Shown here in pieces: positions 1-10,350 of a DNA stretch of 64,000 nucleotides. Position 1 is the stretch's first letter. Each line of letters begins with the position of its first letter. This DNA is from Macrostomum lignano (lineage: Eukaryota), in NCBI GenBank assembly GCA_002269645.1, contig NIVC01001713.1, positions 1 to 64,000 on the forward strand, written 5' to 3'. A program made the translations under genes and the position numbers. The notes under the pieces are model-generated. The model saw nothing but the letters and a program-made list of their open reading frames with translations. It had not been told where the DNA came from and did not search any database.

Positions 1-1601
1 TACCACAGATGCCTCCAAGGGAGCGCTTGCAGGAGTGGTCACGCAGGATGGCCATCCTGTGATCTATATTTCTCGGTGTCTTTCCACTGCGGAACAAAAC
101 TATTCGAACATAGAGCGAGAAGCCCTTGCCGTTTTTTGGGCAGTCAGCCGGCTGAAGCACTATTTACTGGGCCGCCACTTCACAATACAGACGGATCATA
201 AGCCTCTCGAACAGCTCTTCGGCCAGTCTCGCGGGTGCCGCTGAACACCTCCGCTCGCATTAGCAGATGGGCACTCGCGATGATGCACCTTGACTACACC
301 ATACGCTATATACCAGGAGAGAAGATTCCACATGCCGACGCGCTTTCTCGTCTACGCTTCACTGACTTATCTAACGATTCTAACGATTCGGCGGAAGTCT
401 GCGAAGCCATTGATTGCGTTGCCTTCGAGCCGTCTGTCATTTCCAGGTACCGGGTTGCCGCAGAGCTAGAGTTGGATGAGCTCATAAAAAAGTGATGCAC
501 CGAATTCGCTCGGGAAACTGGGCTGGCTGTTCTCAGGCTGAGAAACCATTCCAGGCCGTATCGCAATGCCTAACTATCGAGGACGGCTTACTGTTCAAGG
601 GTTGCCAGGTCTACATTCCGCCAAGACTGCGGAAAGAAGCTTTTCGTGCAGCGCATGGCACTCACTCTGGGTCTCTGGCGACACTCAACTTCATTAGCTT
701 GTCCTGCTGGTGGCCTGGAATGCGCGCTGACATCGAGCGATTTGTCAGCCAGTGTGATGTATGCAACAGGCTGCGGCCCAGATTGGGGAAGACCAGAGAC
801 ACCTGGCCATCGACTGAATACCCGTTTCAAAAGCTTCACGTTGACTGGGCGTACGTAAAGAATGTTGGAAACATCCTGATAGCAGTCGACTCTCACTCTG
901 GTTGGATCGAGGCCTTTCCCTGTAAAGATCGATCCACAGATCAGATCATTAAATGCCTCAGAACTGTTTTCACACGCTTTGGCGTGCCTGAACTTTTAGT
1001 TTCGGACAATGCTCCGGAGTTCGTCAGCGATTCACTGAGGAGCTGGCTGCACCAAAATGGCATAAAGAAGATGGAATCCCCAACTTATTATCCCCAGGCC
1101 AATGGATCGGCTGAGCGAGCAGTCCAGACAGTCAAACGAGCTCTGCGGGCCTGGAACGAACGAACCTCCCAAGCTGAATTTGTTCCCTATCTACAGCGAT
1201 TGCTGTTTCATCACCGAAACTCATCCACGAGTAGGGGCAAGACGCCAGCTGAGATTGTTTTCGGACGCCAACTACGCGCTCCTGTAGTCTCCACGCTCAA
1301 CCAAGGCGAGCACGTTCTGTATCAGCCAACTTCGGACGTTCCACCCTCCACTGTCGAATACGGGATGAACCGAGGCCGCAACACAGCCTTCGTGTTGGAC
1401 GGGAGCGAACTGCGTTTGGCAAGCGACAACCAACTCGCTCCACTGCCACACGACGATGAAGAATCAATAGCAGGAGATCCCGCAGACACGGAGGCAGGGA
1501 ACGCCAGCGACAATTCGACCCAAGGCGCGCAAGTACAAGAAGCAGGTGGAATTCGCCGTAGCACCCGGATGCGTCGCCAACCAGACCGCTACTCCTCATG
1601 A
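1..1601 (+). pseudogene. pol: Ty3/gypsy pol 3' part (RNase H, integrase), broken by frameshifts near 240 and 492
   Basis: RNase H motifs IEREALAV / TDHKPL / HADALSR spread over ORFs 35-244 and 235-495. ORF 492-1601 has the integrase HHCC (HGTH...CDVC) and DDE core (LHVDW, SDNAPEF, NGSAERAV). Confidence 0.93.
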
Positions 1602-1746
1602 CTGCTAAAAAACCGCATTAGCTACACATTACGAACCAAAATGAAACCTGACACGCTGAATTTGAATTAGTTATCTGTTAAGTTCCTAACATAAAGTTTA
1701 CATTGTTCGGAAACATAGTTCAACTCTTTCCTTCTGGAGGGACACA

Positions 1747-1957
1747 TGACATACGCTCGTGCAATAGTCTATGGCCGCTGCGCCCAAATGCCGCCTCCCT
1801 CATCCCTTCCTAATATATAAGTGTTTATAAATTAATCTTGTTCGTAATCTTGTTACAAGCCACGCTATCATTAATGTGGTCCTAAAGCCAAATAAACAAG
1901 CAAAGCAAGATACGAGCTTCGTTATTCAAGCACTAGAGTTGCCATCTGAGCATCACA
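1747..1957 (+). repeat. Probable 3' LTR of the first gypsy element
   Basis: Follows purine-rich GGAGGGACACA, starts TG, ends CATCACA, and contains TATATAA and AATAAA. The partner LTR is outside the window, so boundaries are unverified. Confidence 0.5.
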
Positions 1958-2927
1958 GATACCTTGATTAAGTATAGGCCTAGTAAACTACCAGTACTAC
2001 ATGTAGTCCTAAGCCATATAAGAATGTCACTAATCAGGTTTAGGTCTAGTCTAGTATATTGTAAATTGTGTATGCCTAGCTAATTTTGTAGTCCAGTACA
2101 TCCGTTACCTGTGAAGCATTGTTGAAGAGTTATATTAAATACGCTCATAAAGTTAAATAAGGATGAACAGGCTCAAATAGAGGTGAATACGGACAATAAA
2201 TAATGAAATAGCATTAATCAAGACTCTATTACGAGCGTATGAATGCCAAATCCCGGCATCTCGGGATTAGCAGAAAATTTCAAAAAAATTCTCTATCTAA
2301 AGTTTAAATTACATTCCGCAACGTTGCACAGTACGCTTATCTTATTGAAGCAGATTTTATTGCTGCAGAAAGCTTGCCCCAGTTACAGCGAAAATTGCGA
2401 AATGGATCTATGAGCAATTAAACAAATAATTTATTGATATTAGCTTAGAGCTATTATGCATAAATTTAAAGCGATTCTTTCCGGAACCTTTAAAAATAAT
2501 CGCTACGATATCTGGTGATTTATTTTAATAAATAATACTTATTATTTTTTTTGATGCCACTGAGCTTGCAATTTTTAGTGGATTAGTATACCTGCGTACG
2601 AGTAATATGTGGAATTCGCTGTCGAGACTGTATTGTGCAATGAAATTTAAGCATGAAGTCCGCGTACTTGACGATTTCTATTGACCAAAAAGACCTTACT
2701 GACGGCAAAAATAAACTGCACACAGACAGATGAAGATCATTAGCAACATCGGGACAGGATTACGCCAGGAACACATACTGTCTCTTGGTTAAAGCAATTT
2801 GTGCAGATTCTCGAGAGCTATAATAATAGCTTCTGTGCCCAGTAATCAAATCCAATGCGGTTTTCAATTAACATAAAATTTACAGGTGTTTTCTATATTA
2901 GTGAGTGTCCTTGATGATGAATGGTAC

Positions 2928-2934
2928 GATGATT

Positions 2935-3032
<98 letters not shown>

Positions 3033-3089
3033 GATGATGATGATGATGGTGATGATGATGGTGATGATGGTGATGATGATGATGATGAT
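2928..3089 (+). repeat. (GAT)n microsatellite with GGT interruptions
   Basis: Read directly; abuts the 5' end of LINE-A. Confidence 0.98.
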
Positions 3090-3570
3090 AGAGATAGGGG
3101 GGTAGAGAGGCCTGGGGACTTGGCTTAAGTGACAAGATCCAAGACAGGAAGTAACCAACTTGTGCACCTCTAAAAACAAAATATGGTGAAAGATGTCAGT
3201 GAGGATTAAAAGAGGAAAGAAGAGCCATAAAAAAACCAAAAAAGAGAGAAAAAGAGCAATAAAAACGCCATCAACCTGAAGCTGCCTGAAGAAAAGAACC
3301 CCGGACCAAGGAGCGAAACCCAGAAGAAAGCCAGATCAGAAAGAAGGAAGAGGAAAGGCAATGAAAAACGAAAAGCAAGAACAAAAACGAGACTTATAAC
3401 AGCAAGAAGGAAATGGCAAGAGGAGAAAGTAAAAATTGAGACATGGAATGCCCAAAGAGCGAACATCGGAGCCGGACGTTTCGGACAAATGGTTAAGTTC
3501 GCACTGGAACGCTACATTATTCACTGAACTGAACAACGTGTCAAATGGAATCAGAAGATACCACCACCAA
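3090..3570 (+). mobile_element. Degenerate RTE-like LINE-A, segment 1 (5' UTR, basic N-terminus, start of APE endonuclease)
   Basis: A plus frame reads a K/R-rich leader then KVKIETWNAQRANIG (the APE N-terminal 'xTWNV' motif). The element resumes after the gypsy LTR at 10351. Confidence 0.7.
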
Positions 3571-4918
3571 AATCACCGGCTGCAGTTCAGAGCAGCTTCG
3601 CCGCAAGCTGCTAGCGATCGAAAATGTCGACCTGGAGCAGGCGCTTCGGGTGGCCAGAGCCATGGAGACAGCAGAGACTCAGGCAAGCCACATGGAATCT
3701 AACGAGGCGGCGGTACAGCGACTTTGGCTTCGAGACACTGGTGCAGCGGCCTCATCGGCAGAGCGCCTAGTCAAGGGACCAGCCAGGTAAGCAAGCCACG
3801 TGCATCAGATGCGGAGTCCCGGGCCATCGCAAATGCAACGCAGCCAGAGGTAAGACGTGCGAGCGCTGCGGCAAGCGAACTCACCTGGCGAGGGCCTGTC
3901 TCTCCCGGCCGTTGGAAGCCGTCCGTGCCCTGCAGGCCGACAGCAACAACTCAGAGCCGGAGGACAGCATCTTCTGTCTGACCGTGGCGGCCACCATGAC
4001 GGCTACAGCCGGCGCCCGCACAACAGTGCTCGTCGACTCAACGCAGCTGGAAGTCCTGGTCGACAGCGGGGCTGATTGCAATATCTTGACAGAGAGAGCC
4101 TGGTGGAAACTTCCGCGACCCCCGCCGCTGCAGACAACTCGCACAAAGGTATTCGCCTTCCGCTCTTCAGAACCGCTCAGCATCCTGGGAGCCTGCAGCC
4201 TGCAGGTGACAACCGGCCAGGACAGCCAGGAGGTTCGCTTCATGGTCGTCCCCGGCGACGGCGTCAACATCCTGGGACGAGAGACATCGACCTCACTCCG
4301 CCTTCTGAGATTGGGGCCTCAGGTTCGCGCGATCGCAGCAGCCGAGACGGAGAACGCAGAGACCCTGGCGCTGGCCAAGCGATTTCCGGAGCTCTTCAAA
4401 GGCCTCGGCAAGGTCAAGGGCGTTTTAGTTCAGATTGGTACGAGCTCGTATCAAGCCCGACGCTAGGCCCGTCTGTCATCCGCCCTCTCGAATATACCAG
4501 TACATCTCAGGGAGGCGCTGGACCGCGAGCTGGACGAGCAAGAGCGCATGCAGATCATCCAGCCAGTAGAAGGCCCCACGCCATGGGTCAGTCGCATCGT
4601 CGTGGTACCGAAAGAGGACGGGAAGACCTTGAGGATCATCCAGGATCTGCGAGACGTTAACAAGGCGTCCCTGAGGCAGCGACACCAAATCCCGACTTTT
4701 GAAGAAGCTACCAGTGACATGACGGGGTCGACAATCTTCACCAAGCTCGATATCTTCAAGGCGTTTCATCAAATTGAGATCAGTGAGGACAGCCGCAAGT
4801 ACTTGGTCTTCTCAATGCCCCGAGGGATGCGTCAGCTGACACGCCTGAGCATGGGATTCGCCTCCGCCTTGCAGATCCTGCAGCGTGTCATGCAGCAAGT
4901 GCTGGAAGGCCTCACTGG

Positions 4919-5186
4919 TGTTAAGTGGATCCACGACGACATCATCATCCAGTCAGGGCCCTGAAGTTCACCAAGAACACGTGGCAGCCTGCCTGACCAG
5001 ACTGCGTGACAATGGCATCACCCTGAATACCAGCAAGTGCCACTGGGGCATCGGCAAGGCCAAGTTCATGGCTATGACGCTCTCCAAGTTCGGCATCCAG
5101 CCATCAGAAGAGAAAATCGCGGAGCTGCAAGCATTCAAGGATCCACAGTCTGCCAAGGAAGTCCGGTCGTTCCTCGGCCTGGCCAA
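4919..5186 (+). repeat. 268-bp direct repeat, left copy (target-site duplication of the LOA-type LINE)
   Basis: Base-for-base identical to 8794-9061 (offset 3875). Confidence 0.95.
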
Positions 5187-8100
5187 CTTGACTTACTTGA
5201 CTTAGCTGCAGGGTGGTCCGTAGACACAGCGGGGAGGCGAGGGTCGCCCATTCCGCTAGCCCCTGAAGGCCCGCAGACAGGCAGAGGCGTGGGGCCGGTC
5301 AGGGTGGTCCGCCGGTCCGTCCTGCAGCGTGATCTTCCGTTGGGAAGAAACTGGCTCGTCTAGTCGCCCGAAGGAACTGGATGAGCCGTGGGATGCTGTC
5401 GGGCTGGCAGACCTCGTCAATGGACGGGTTCGGCCCGAGGTAGCGTAGCCGGTCTCTGTTAAAGAAAGGGCAGTGACAGACAAAGTGCTGAGCATCTTCT
5501 TTGTCGCACTCGCAAAAGGGGCAAATTTCGCTCTCGAGGTCGCCTCGGAGGAAGCAGTGCCTGGCGAGGTAGCCATGGCCGGTAAGGGTCATGACAAGGG
5601 CTCGAATATCCTTCCGATTCTGGTTCAGAAGGATGTTTCTGAGCCTGTGAGACGGGCAAGGAACCGCGGCACGAGATTGCCGGCAGTTTTGGGTGCCCGC
5701 CCATCTGTCCCTGTGGAGGGAGTCAGCCCAGTCGTCGATCTGACGATTGATGACTGTCAAGGGCATAGGGACCAGGGGGGCAGGGCCGAAGAAAGAGCCA
5801 GAGCCGCCCCTCTTGGCGAGGGTGTCTGCCAGCTCGTTCCCCGGAAACCCTGCGTGCCCTGGGATCCACTTCAGCCTGACAGTATTGCTTCTGGCCAGGA
5901 GGTTGAGCTGCCGGGCGCAGTCGGCGACTGTCCGGGAGTTCGTTGTGGTGTGGCAAAGGGCCTGTAAGGCCGCTTGGCTGTCAGAGTGGATGACAATAGT
6001 CTTTCCTCTCGTAACCTTGGCGTTCAGCTCTGCAGCGCAAGAGCTGATGGCAAGGACTTCGTTCTGGAAGACTGTGGAGAGTCTACCAGTGTGCTGGGCA
6101 TGCGTGGCAATTACGCGGCCGTTGATGATGATGCAGACCCCAAAGCCGGCGCGACCGTCTTTGATGGATCCGTCCGTGTAGCAATGGACCTCCTGGAAAT
6201 TCCAGTGGTCATTGGCAGCATCCCTAGAGGGGATGGTGACCTTGTAGCGCTGAAAGAGGTTGAGAGTGCGGGGTTCGCCGTCAGATAGGACGTGGAGCCC
6301 GCCGCTGTCTCTCAAGTCCTTGAGGCAGAGGTCAGCGTGGGGCAGAAGCTTGCGCTTAGCCATGGCCCTATGGGGCTGGATTCGAATGCCAGCGTCAGCT
6401 AGACGGCGGGCAGTCTTAGCCGCTTCCCTGCGGACAAAGATGTCCAGCGGAGGAATGTTGAGGAAGGCGTTGAGGCCATCGTAGGGAGCAGACGGAGGGG
6501 CGCTCATGATCGTGCGACAAGCGCGCCCTTGCGCTCTCCTGAGAGCCTCTAGACAGGTCTTTATCTGCAGGGCGCTAGCCCAGATCAGGCCGCCATACGA
6601 GATAGCGGGCCTAACCATTGCAGTGTAGATCCACCAGAGGCGCTTGGGGGTGAGCCCCCAGGTGGTGCCGACAGCCCTGCGCAATTGCGCGAGGACTGCG
6701 AAGGCCTTTTTGGCTTTTGTTTGAACGTGGGGTGACCAGTTCAGCCTGTGGTCCAGGGTAATACCCAGACATTTAGTCTGCTTGCAGAAGGGGATTTCCC
6801 TTCCGTAAAGCGTGAGCGGCCGAATCTGCCACTTGGTCCTGCTGGTGAACATGATCGCTGCGGTCTTAGTCTCAGAGAGCCTTAAACCACAGCGGTCCGC
6901 CCATTGCTCAGCAGCGTAGATGAAGTTCTGAAGAAGGTCCCTGAGGGTATCAGGGGACGGACCAGATGCCACCGCGGTGACATCGTCCGCATATCCAACT
7001 TTCAGAATGGGGTCAGGCCGAACATCCCGGAGGAGCTCATCGATGACCATATTCCAGAGAACTGGAGACAGCACCCCACCTTGCGGGCTACCTTTGCAGA
7101 CGGGGACCGTCCTCTGGTAGCCCAGCAGACTGGCGGTGGCCGTGCGATGGCTGATCATGTACATGATCCATCTGGTGAGATGTGAGTGCGTTTGCCTCTC
7201 ACAAAGAGCTCTTCGGAACGCCTCAAAGAGGACGTTATCGAAGGCGCCAATGATATCCAGGAAGATCCCCAGAGCAAAGCCATTACCAAGCACGGCCTTC
7301 TCGAGTTTATCGACCAGGACGTGCAGCGCGCTTTCAGTGGAGCGACCCGCCCGAAAAGCGTGCTGGTTCTCGCTGAGAGGTTTGTTCTTCAGCTCAACAG
7401 AGAGAAGGCGCCAAAGCACCAGTCTCTCCATCAGCTTGACCAGGGAGGAGGTCAAGCTGATCGGTCTGAAGGATTTGATAGAATGGTAGTCCGAGCGGCC
7501 TGGCTTAGGGATAAAGATCACCTTTGCCTCGGTCCAAGCCTGTGGGACATAACCAAGCGTGATGCATGCCCGAAGAAGGCTGCAAAGTTTGCGCAGGAAG
7601 CCTGGGCATTTAACCGCCTCTCTTAGAAGGGCCGGTACAATGCCGTCGGGTCCTGGGGCTTTGAAAGGCTTGAAGGAATTTGCCGCTCTCACAATGCGGT
7701 CCTCCGTGATGATAGAGGCAGCCAGCGCGTGACCTCCCTCCGAGTGATCCGGAGTGGTCTGGTTAGCTGGCTCGTTGGGGAAAAACGCAGTGAGCATTAC
7801 ATCAAGCGTTTCCCCTGGGTTGTCCATGGACGTACCGTCGGTGCGTTTGACCGAGGAGAGCTTAGACATTTTGTCCAGCGTGAGCGCTTTCACAACTCTG
7901 GAGGTGGGGCGTGAGCCCTCTAGCTCCTCACAGTATTGTCGCCATTTTTGAGCCTTTGCATTCCTAACCTGCCTTTTAAACTCATGAATTGCTTCATGAT
8001 AGGCGGTTTGGTCTGCAGGGCTCTTAGTTTTAGTTGCTCTGCGGTGGAGTCTCTTAGCCCTGCGACGGAGGTTGCCGAGCTCGGGATTCCACCACGGCGC

Positions 8101-8793
8101 CGATTTTTTCCCTTTATAGGCTTTTAAAGGGCAGGACGCCTCAAAGGCGGCGGTTAGCGTCTCTGTCAAAACAGTCGCGCACTCATCCGCCTCTCGGCAC
8201 GACGTGATCGTGGATGGTTGGCCAGGAGACCGATGGAATTCCTTCAGGGCGAGCCCGAAGGTTTCCCAATCCGTATTTCTGGCGTTCCGTCTCCACGTAA
8301 CACGAGTTGCGCTACGCGCGGCCATTAGGTTGAAGGAGATGAACTTGTGATCCGAGAGTGAGGACACTGGAAGCACCCGCCACGCTCCAATACTCTGGTA
8401 GAGTCTGGGCGTTGCGAGCGTAGCGTCGATCACCTCCGACCACCGTCCGTTGTCAAAGGTAGGGGTGGACCCAGAGTTGCAGAACTCGAGGGTCGTAGAG
8501 GCAACGTAGGCTAGGAGGTCTTCGCCTCTCTGATTAATGCCAGTGCTGCCCCAGTGAGTGTGGTGGGCGTTGATGTCGCCGGCAACCATGAGCTCGTAGT
8601 TTTTGGCAGAGCAGAGCTCTACCAGCGTAGCGAGGGCTCTGGGGACGACCGCAGCATCGCCTGGTAGGTAAACCGAGGCAATGAGGGTGGTCTTCCCAGG
8701 AAGAAGGTCCTCGGATTGGATGACGCAGATGTCCCTGTTGGACAGGTCCGATCTGAGCCACGCACTGAGCGTTTTGCTCGCAAAGATGCAAGC
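5187..8793 (-). mobile_element. Young 5'-truncated LOA/R1-group non-LTR retrotransposon
   Basis: Uninterrupted ORF2; 112-nt 3' UTR ending in (TAAGTCAAG)2; flanked by identical 268-bp repeats. Confidence 0.93.
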
Positions 8794-8823
8794 TGTTAAG
8801 TGGATCCACGACGACATCATCAT
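5299..8823 (-). CDS. LINE ORF2: truncated APE, reverse transcriptase, RNase H, C-terminal zinc knuckle
   Basis: APE VAGDINAHHTHWG and SDHKFI; RT KGSPQGGVLSPVLW and YADD; RNase H YTDGS / NEVLAI / HSDSQAA / WIPGHAGFPGNELAD; CPFC..EDAQHFVCHC. The first ~10 codons come from the flanking gypsy antisense strand. Confidence 0.95.
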   Translation of the reverse strand: MMMSSWIHLTACIFASKTLSAWLRSDLSNRDICVIQSEDLLPGKTTLIASVYLPGDAAVVPRALATLVELCSAKNYELMVAGDINAHHTHWGSTGINQRGEDLLAYVASTTLEFCNSGSTPTFDNGRWSEVIDATLATPRLYQSIGAWRVLPVSSLSDHKFISFNLMAARSATRVTWRRNARNTDWETFGLALKEFHRSPGQPSTITSCREADECATVLTETLTAAFEASCPLKAYKGKKSAPWWNPELGNLRRRAKRLHRRATKTKSPADQTAYHEAIHEFKRQVRNAKAQKWRQYCEELEGSRPTSRVVKALTLDKMSKLSSVKRTDGTSMDNPGETLDVMLTAFFPNEPANQTTPDHSEGGHALAASIITEDRIVRAANSFKPFKAPGPDGIVPALLREAVKCPGFLRKLCSLLRACITLGYVPQAWTEAKVIFIPKPGRSDYHSIKSFRPISLTSSLVKLMERLVLWRLLSVELKNKPLSENQHAFRAGRSTESALHVLVDKLEKAVLGNGFALGIFLDIIGAFDNVLFEAFRRALCERQTHSHLTRWIMYMISHRTATASLLGYQRTVPVCKGSPQGGVLSPVLWNMVIDELLRDVRPDPILKVGYADDVTAVASGPSPDTLRDLLQNFIYAAEQWADRCGLRLSETKTAAIMFTSRTKWQIRPLTLYGREIPFCKQTKCLGITLDHRLNWSPHVQTKAKKAFAVLAQLRRAVGTTWGLTPKRLWWIYTAMVRPAISYGGLIWASALQIKTCLEALRRAQGRACRTIMSAPPSAPYDGLNAFLNIPPLDIFVRREAAKTARRLADAGIRIQPHRAMAKRKLLPHADLCLKDLRDSGGLHVLSDGEPRTLNLFQRYKVTIPSRDAANDHWNFQEVHCYTDGSIKDGRAGFGVCIIINGRVIATHAQHTGRLSTVFQNEVLAISSCAAELNAKVTRGKTIVIHSDSQAALQALCHTTTNSRTVADCARQLNLLARSNTVRLKWIPGHAGFPGNELADTLAKRGGSGSFFGPAPLVPMPLTVINRQIDDWADSLHRDRWAGTQNCRQSRAAVPCPSHRLRNILLNQNRKDIRALVMTLTGHGYLARHCFLRGDLESEICPFCECDKEDAQHFVCHCPFFNRDRLRYLGPNPSIDEVCQPDSIPRLIQFLRATRRASFFPTEDHAAGRTGGPP

Positions 8824-9061
8824 CCAGTCAGGGCCCTGAAGTTCACCAAGAACACGTGGCAGCCTGCCTGACCAGACTGCGTGACAATGGCATCACCCTG
8901 AATACCAGCAAGTGCCACTGGGGCATCGGCAAGGCCAAGTTCATGGCTATGACGCTCTCCAAGTTCGGCATCCAGCCATCAGAAGAGAAAATCGCGGAGC
9001 TGCAAGCATTCAAGGATCCACAGTCTGCCAAGGAAGTCCGGTCGTTCCTCGGCCTGGCCAA
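8794..9061 (+). repeat. 268-bp direct repeat, right copy
   Basis: Identical to 4919-5186; gypsy RT continues directly at 9062. Confidence 0.95.
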
Positions 9062-10168
9062 TCACCTCGAGAAGTTCATGCCGCACCTTGCCAACAAAGC
9101 GGAGCCGCTGAGGCGACTAACACGGAAAAGCCAGGAATTCGTCTGGGACCGCGAGCAGCAGCAAGCCTTCCAGGACCTCTACGTGGTGATGGCGCCAGCG
9201 TCATCAACTGCGTCATGGCATCATTCAGCCGCTTCGGGGTGCCGCAGCAGATCACTACGGACAACGGCACCTACTTCACGAGCGAGGAATTCAGTGTGTT
9301 TCTGGACGGCCTCGGGGTTCGACAGCGCAGGGTCACCCCGTTCTACCCGGCGGCGAACGGCGAGGTGGAGCGCTTCAACCGCAGCCTCAACAAGGCCATC
9401 AACGCCGCCACGGCCGAAGGCAACGACTGGCGGCGGGCGATCCACGAGTGGCTGCTCGGATACCGCAACTCTGTGCACCGAGGCACCGACCGCACGCCCA
9501 ACGACCTCATGTTCAACCGAGAGACCGGCGACATCCTGCCATCTGGCCTGACAAAGCAAACCGGCAGCTCCGGACGGCAGCTGCAGCGCCACGGCTGCGG
9601 CTACAAGCAGGCGATGCGCAAGGCGGCCGACACGCAGCGATCGGCTGCGCCACACGGCATCCTGGCAGGCGCCCGCGTGCTGCTCAGAAACCGCGGCAAG
9701 GCCAAGCTGCGCTGTCCGTTCGACCCGCGGCCTTGGCATGTCAAAGCAGTCAGCGGCGGCACCCTGACGCTGCAACGCGGCACGGCAGTCATTCGGCGGC
9801 ATGTGACTGAGGCGAAGCCGCTGCGTGAGTGCCCCTGGGACCTTGACGAGCTGGACGGCGATCAGCGGCCGGGGGCGCCGGCGACGGAGGCAAATCCGGC
9901 CAACGACGGTCCGATTGCGCAGAGGCCTCATCCCAAGACAGCAAAGCGGCCCGTCTGCTACAAGCAGTGACTTGATTCGAACTGAGCCGGGAGGCTGTCT
10001 AAGATCGGCATTCTTTGATTGGTTAAGTATTTAAACGTTCAAAAATCGAAATTTTTGCTACTGTTTTACTAATTAATTTTTTTAATCCTTTACAACTTTC
10101 TCGTCAATTTTCGCAATGAAATTTTAAACCCTTTCGTATTGGACTTTTATTTTGCTTTGGGGGAGAGA

Positions 10169-10350
10169 TGTGGTGCGCAGCCTATGCGTGTACAATGCCC
10201 TTTCTCTTGCTCTCTAGCCAGCGTGCTCAGCACCTCAATGTATTGCGTAAGTCATAGCTGCACATCTGCAGCTGTGTGAATATATATCGTAAATATACGG
10301 CTCTTATAGGTTTAAGATTCTTATCCGCCAAGCGGACTACAAGCACTACA
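10169..10350 (+). repeat. 3' LTR of gypsy element 2
   Basis: Preceded by PPT GGGGGAGAGA (10159-10168); TGTGG...CTACA ends; LINE-A coding sequence resumes immediately after. Confidence 0.75.

Larger units (their letters stand above)
3571..10350 (+). mobile_element. Degenerate Ty3/gypsy element 2 (5' LTR and half of gag lost; RNase H and integrase N-terminus deleted), inserted in LINE-A
   Basis: gag SEQLRRKLL..DLEQALRVARAME; zinc knuckles CIRCG..H.KC and CERCGKRTHLARAC; protease LVDSGADCN; RT IHDDIII; integrase core TTDNGTYF..NGEVERFN; several frameshifts. Confidence 0.92.

Noticed and set aside
2886-3239. Poly-Asp/His/Met/Ile ORFs (also 14212-15235 and 18242-18870)
   Set aside because: Translations of (GAT)n microsatellites.
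5459-8809. Many short overlapping ORFs opposite or within the LINE ORF2 (likewise within the GPCR, gag and pol)
   Set aside because: GC-rich shadow frames of real coding sequence with no recognisable motifs.
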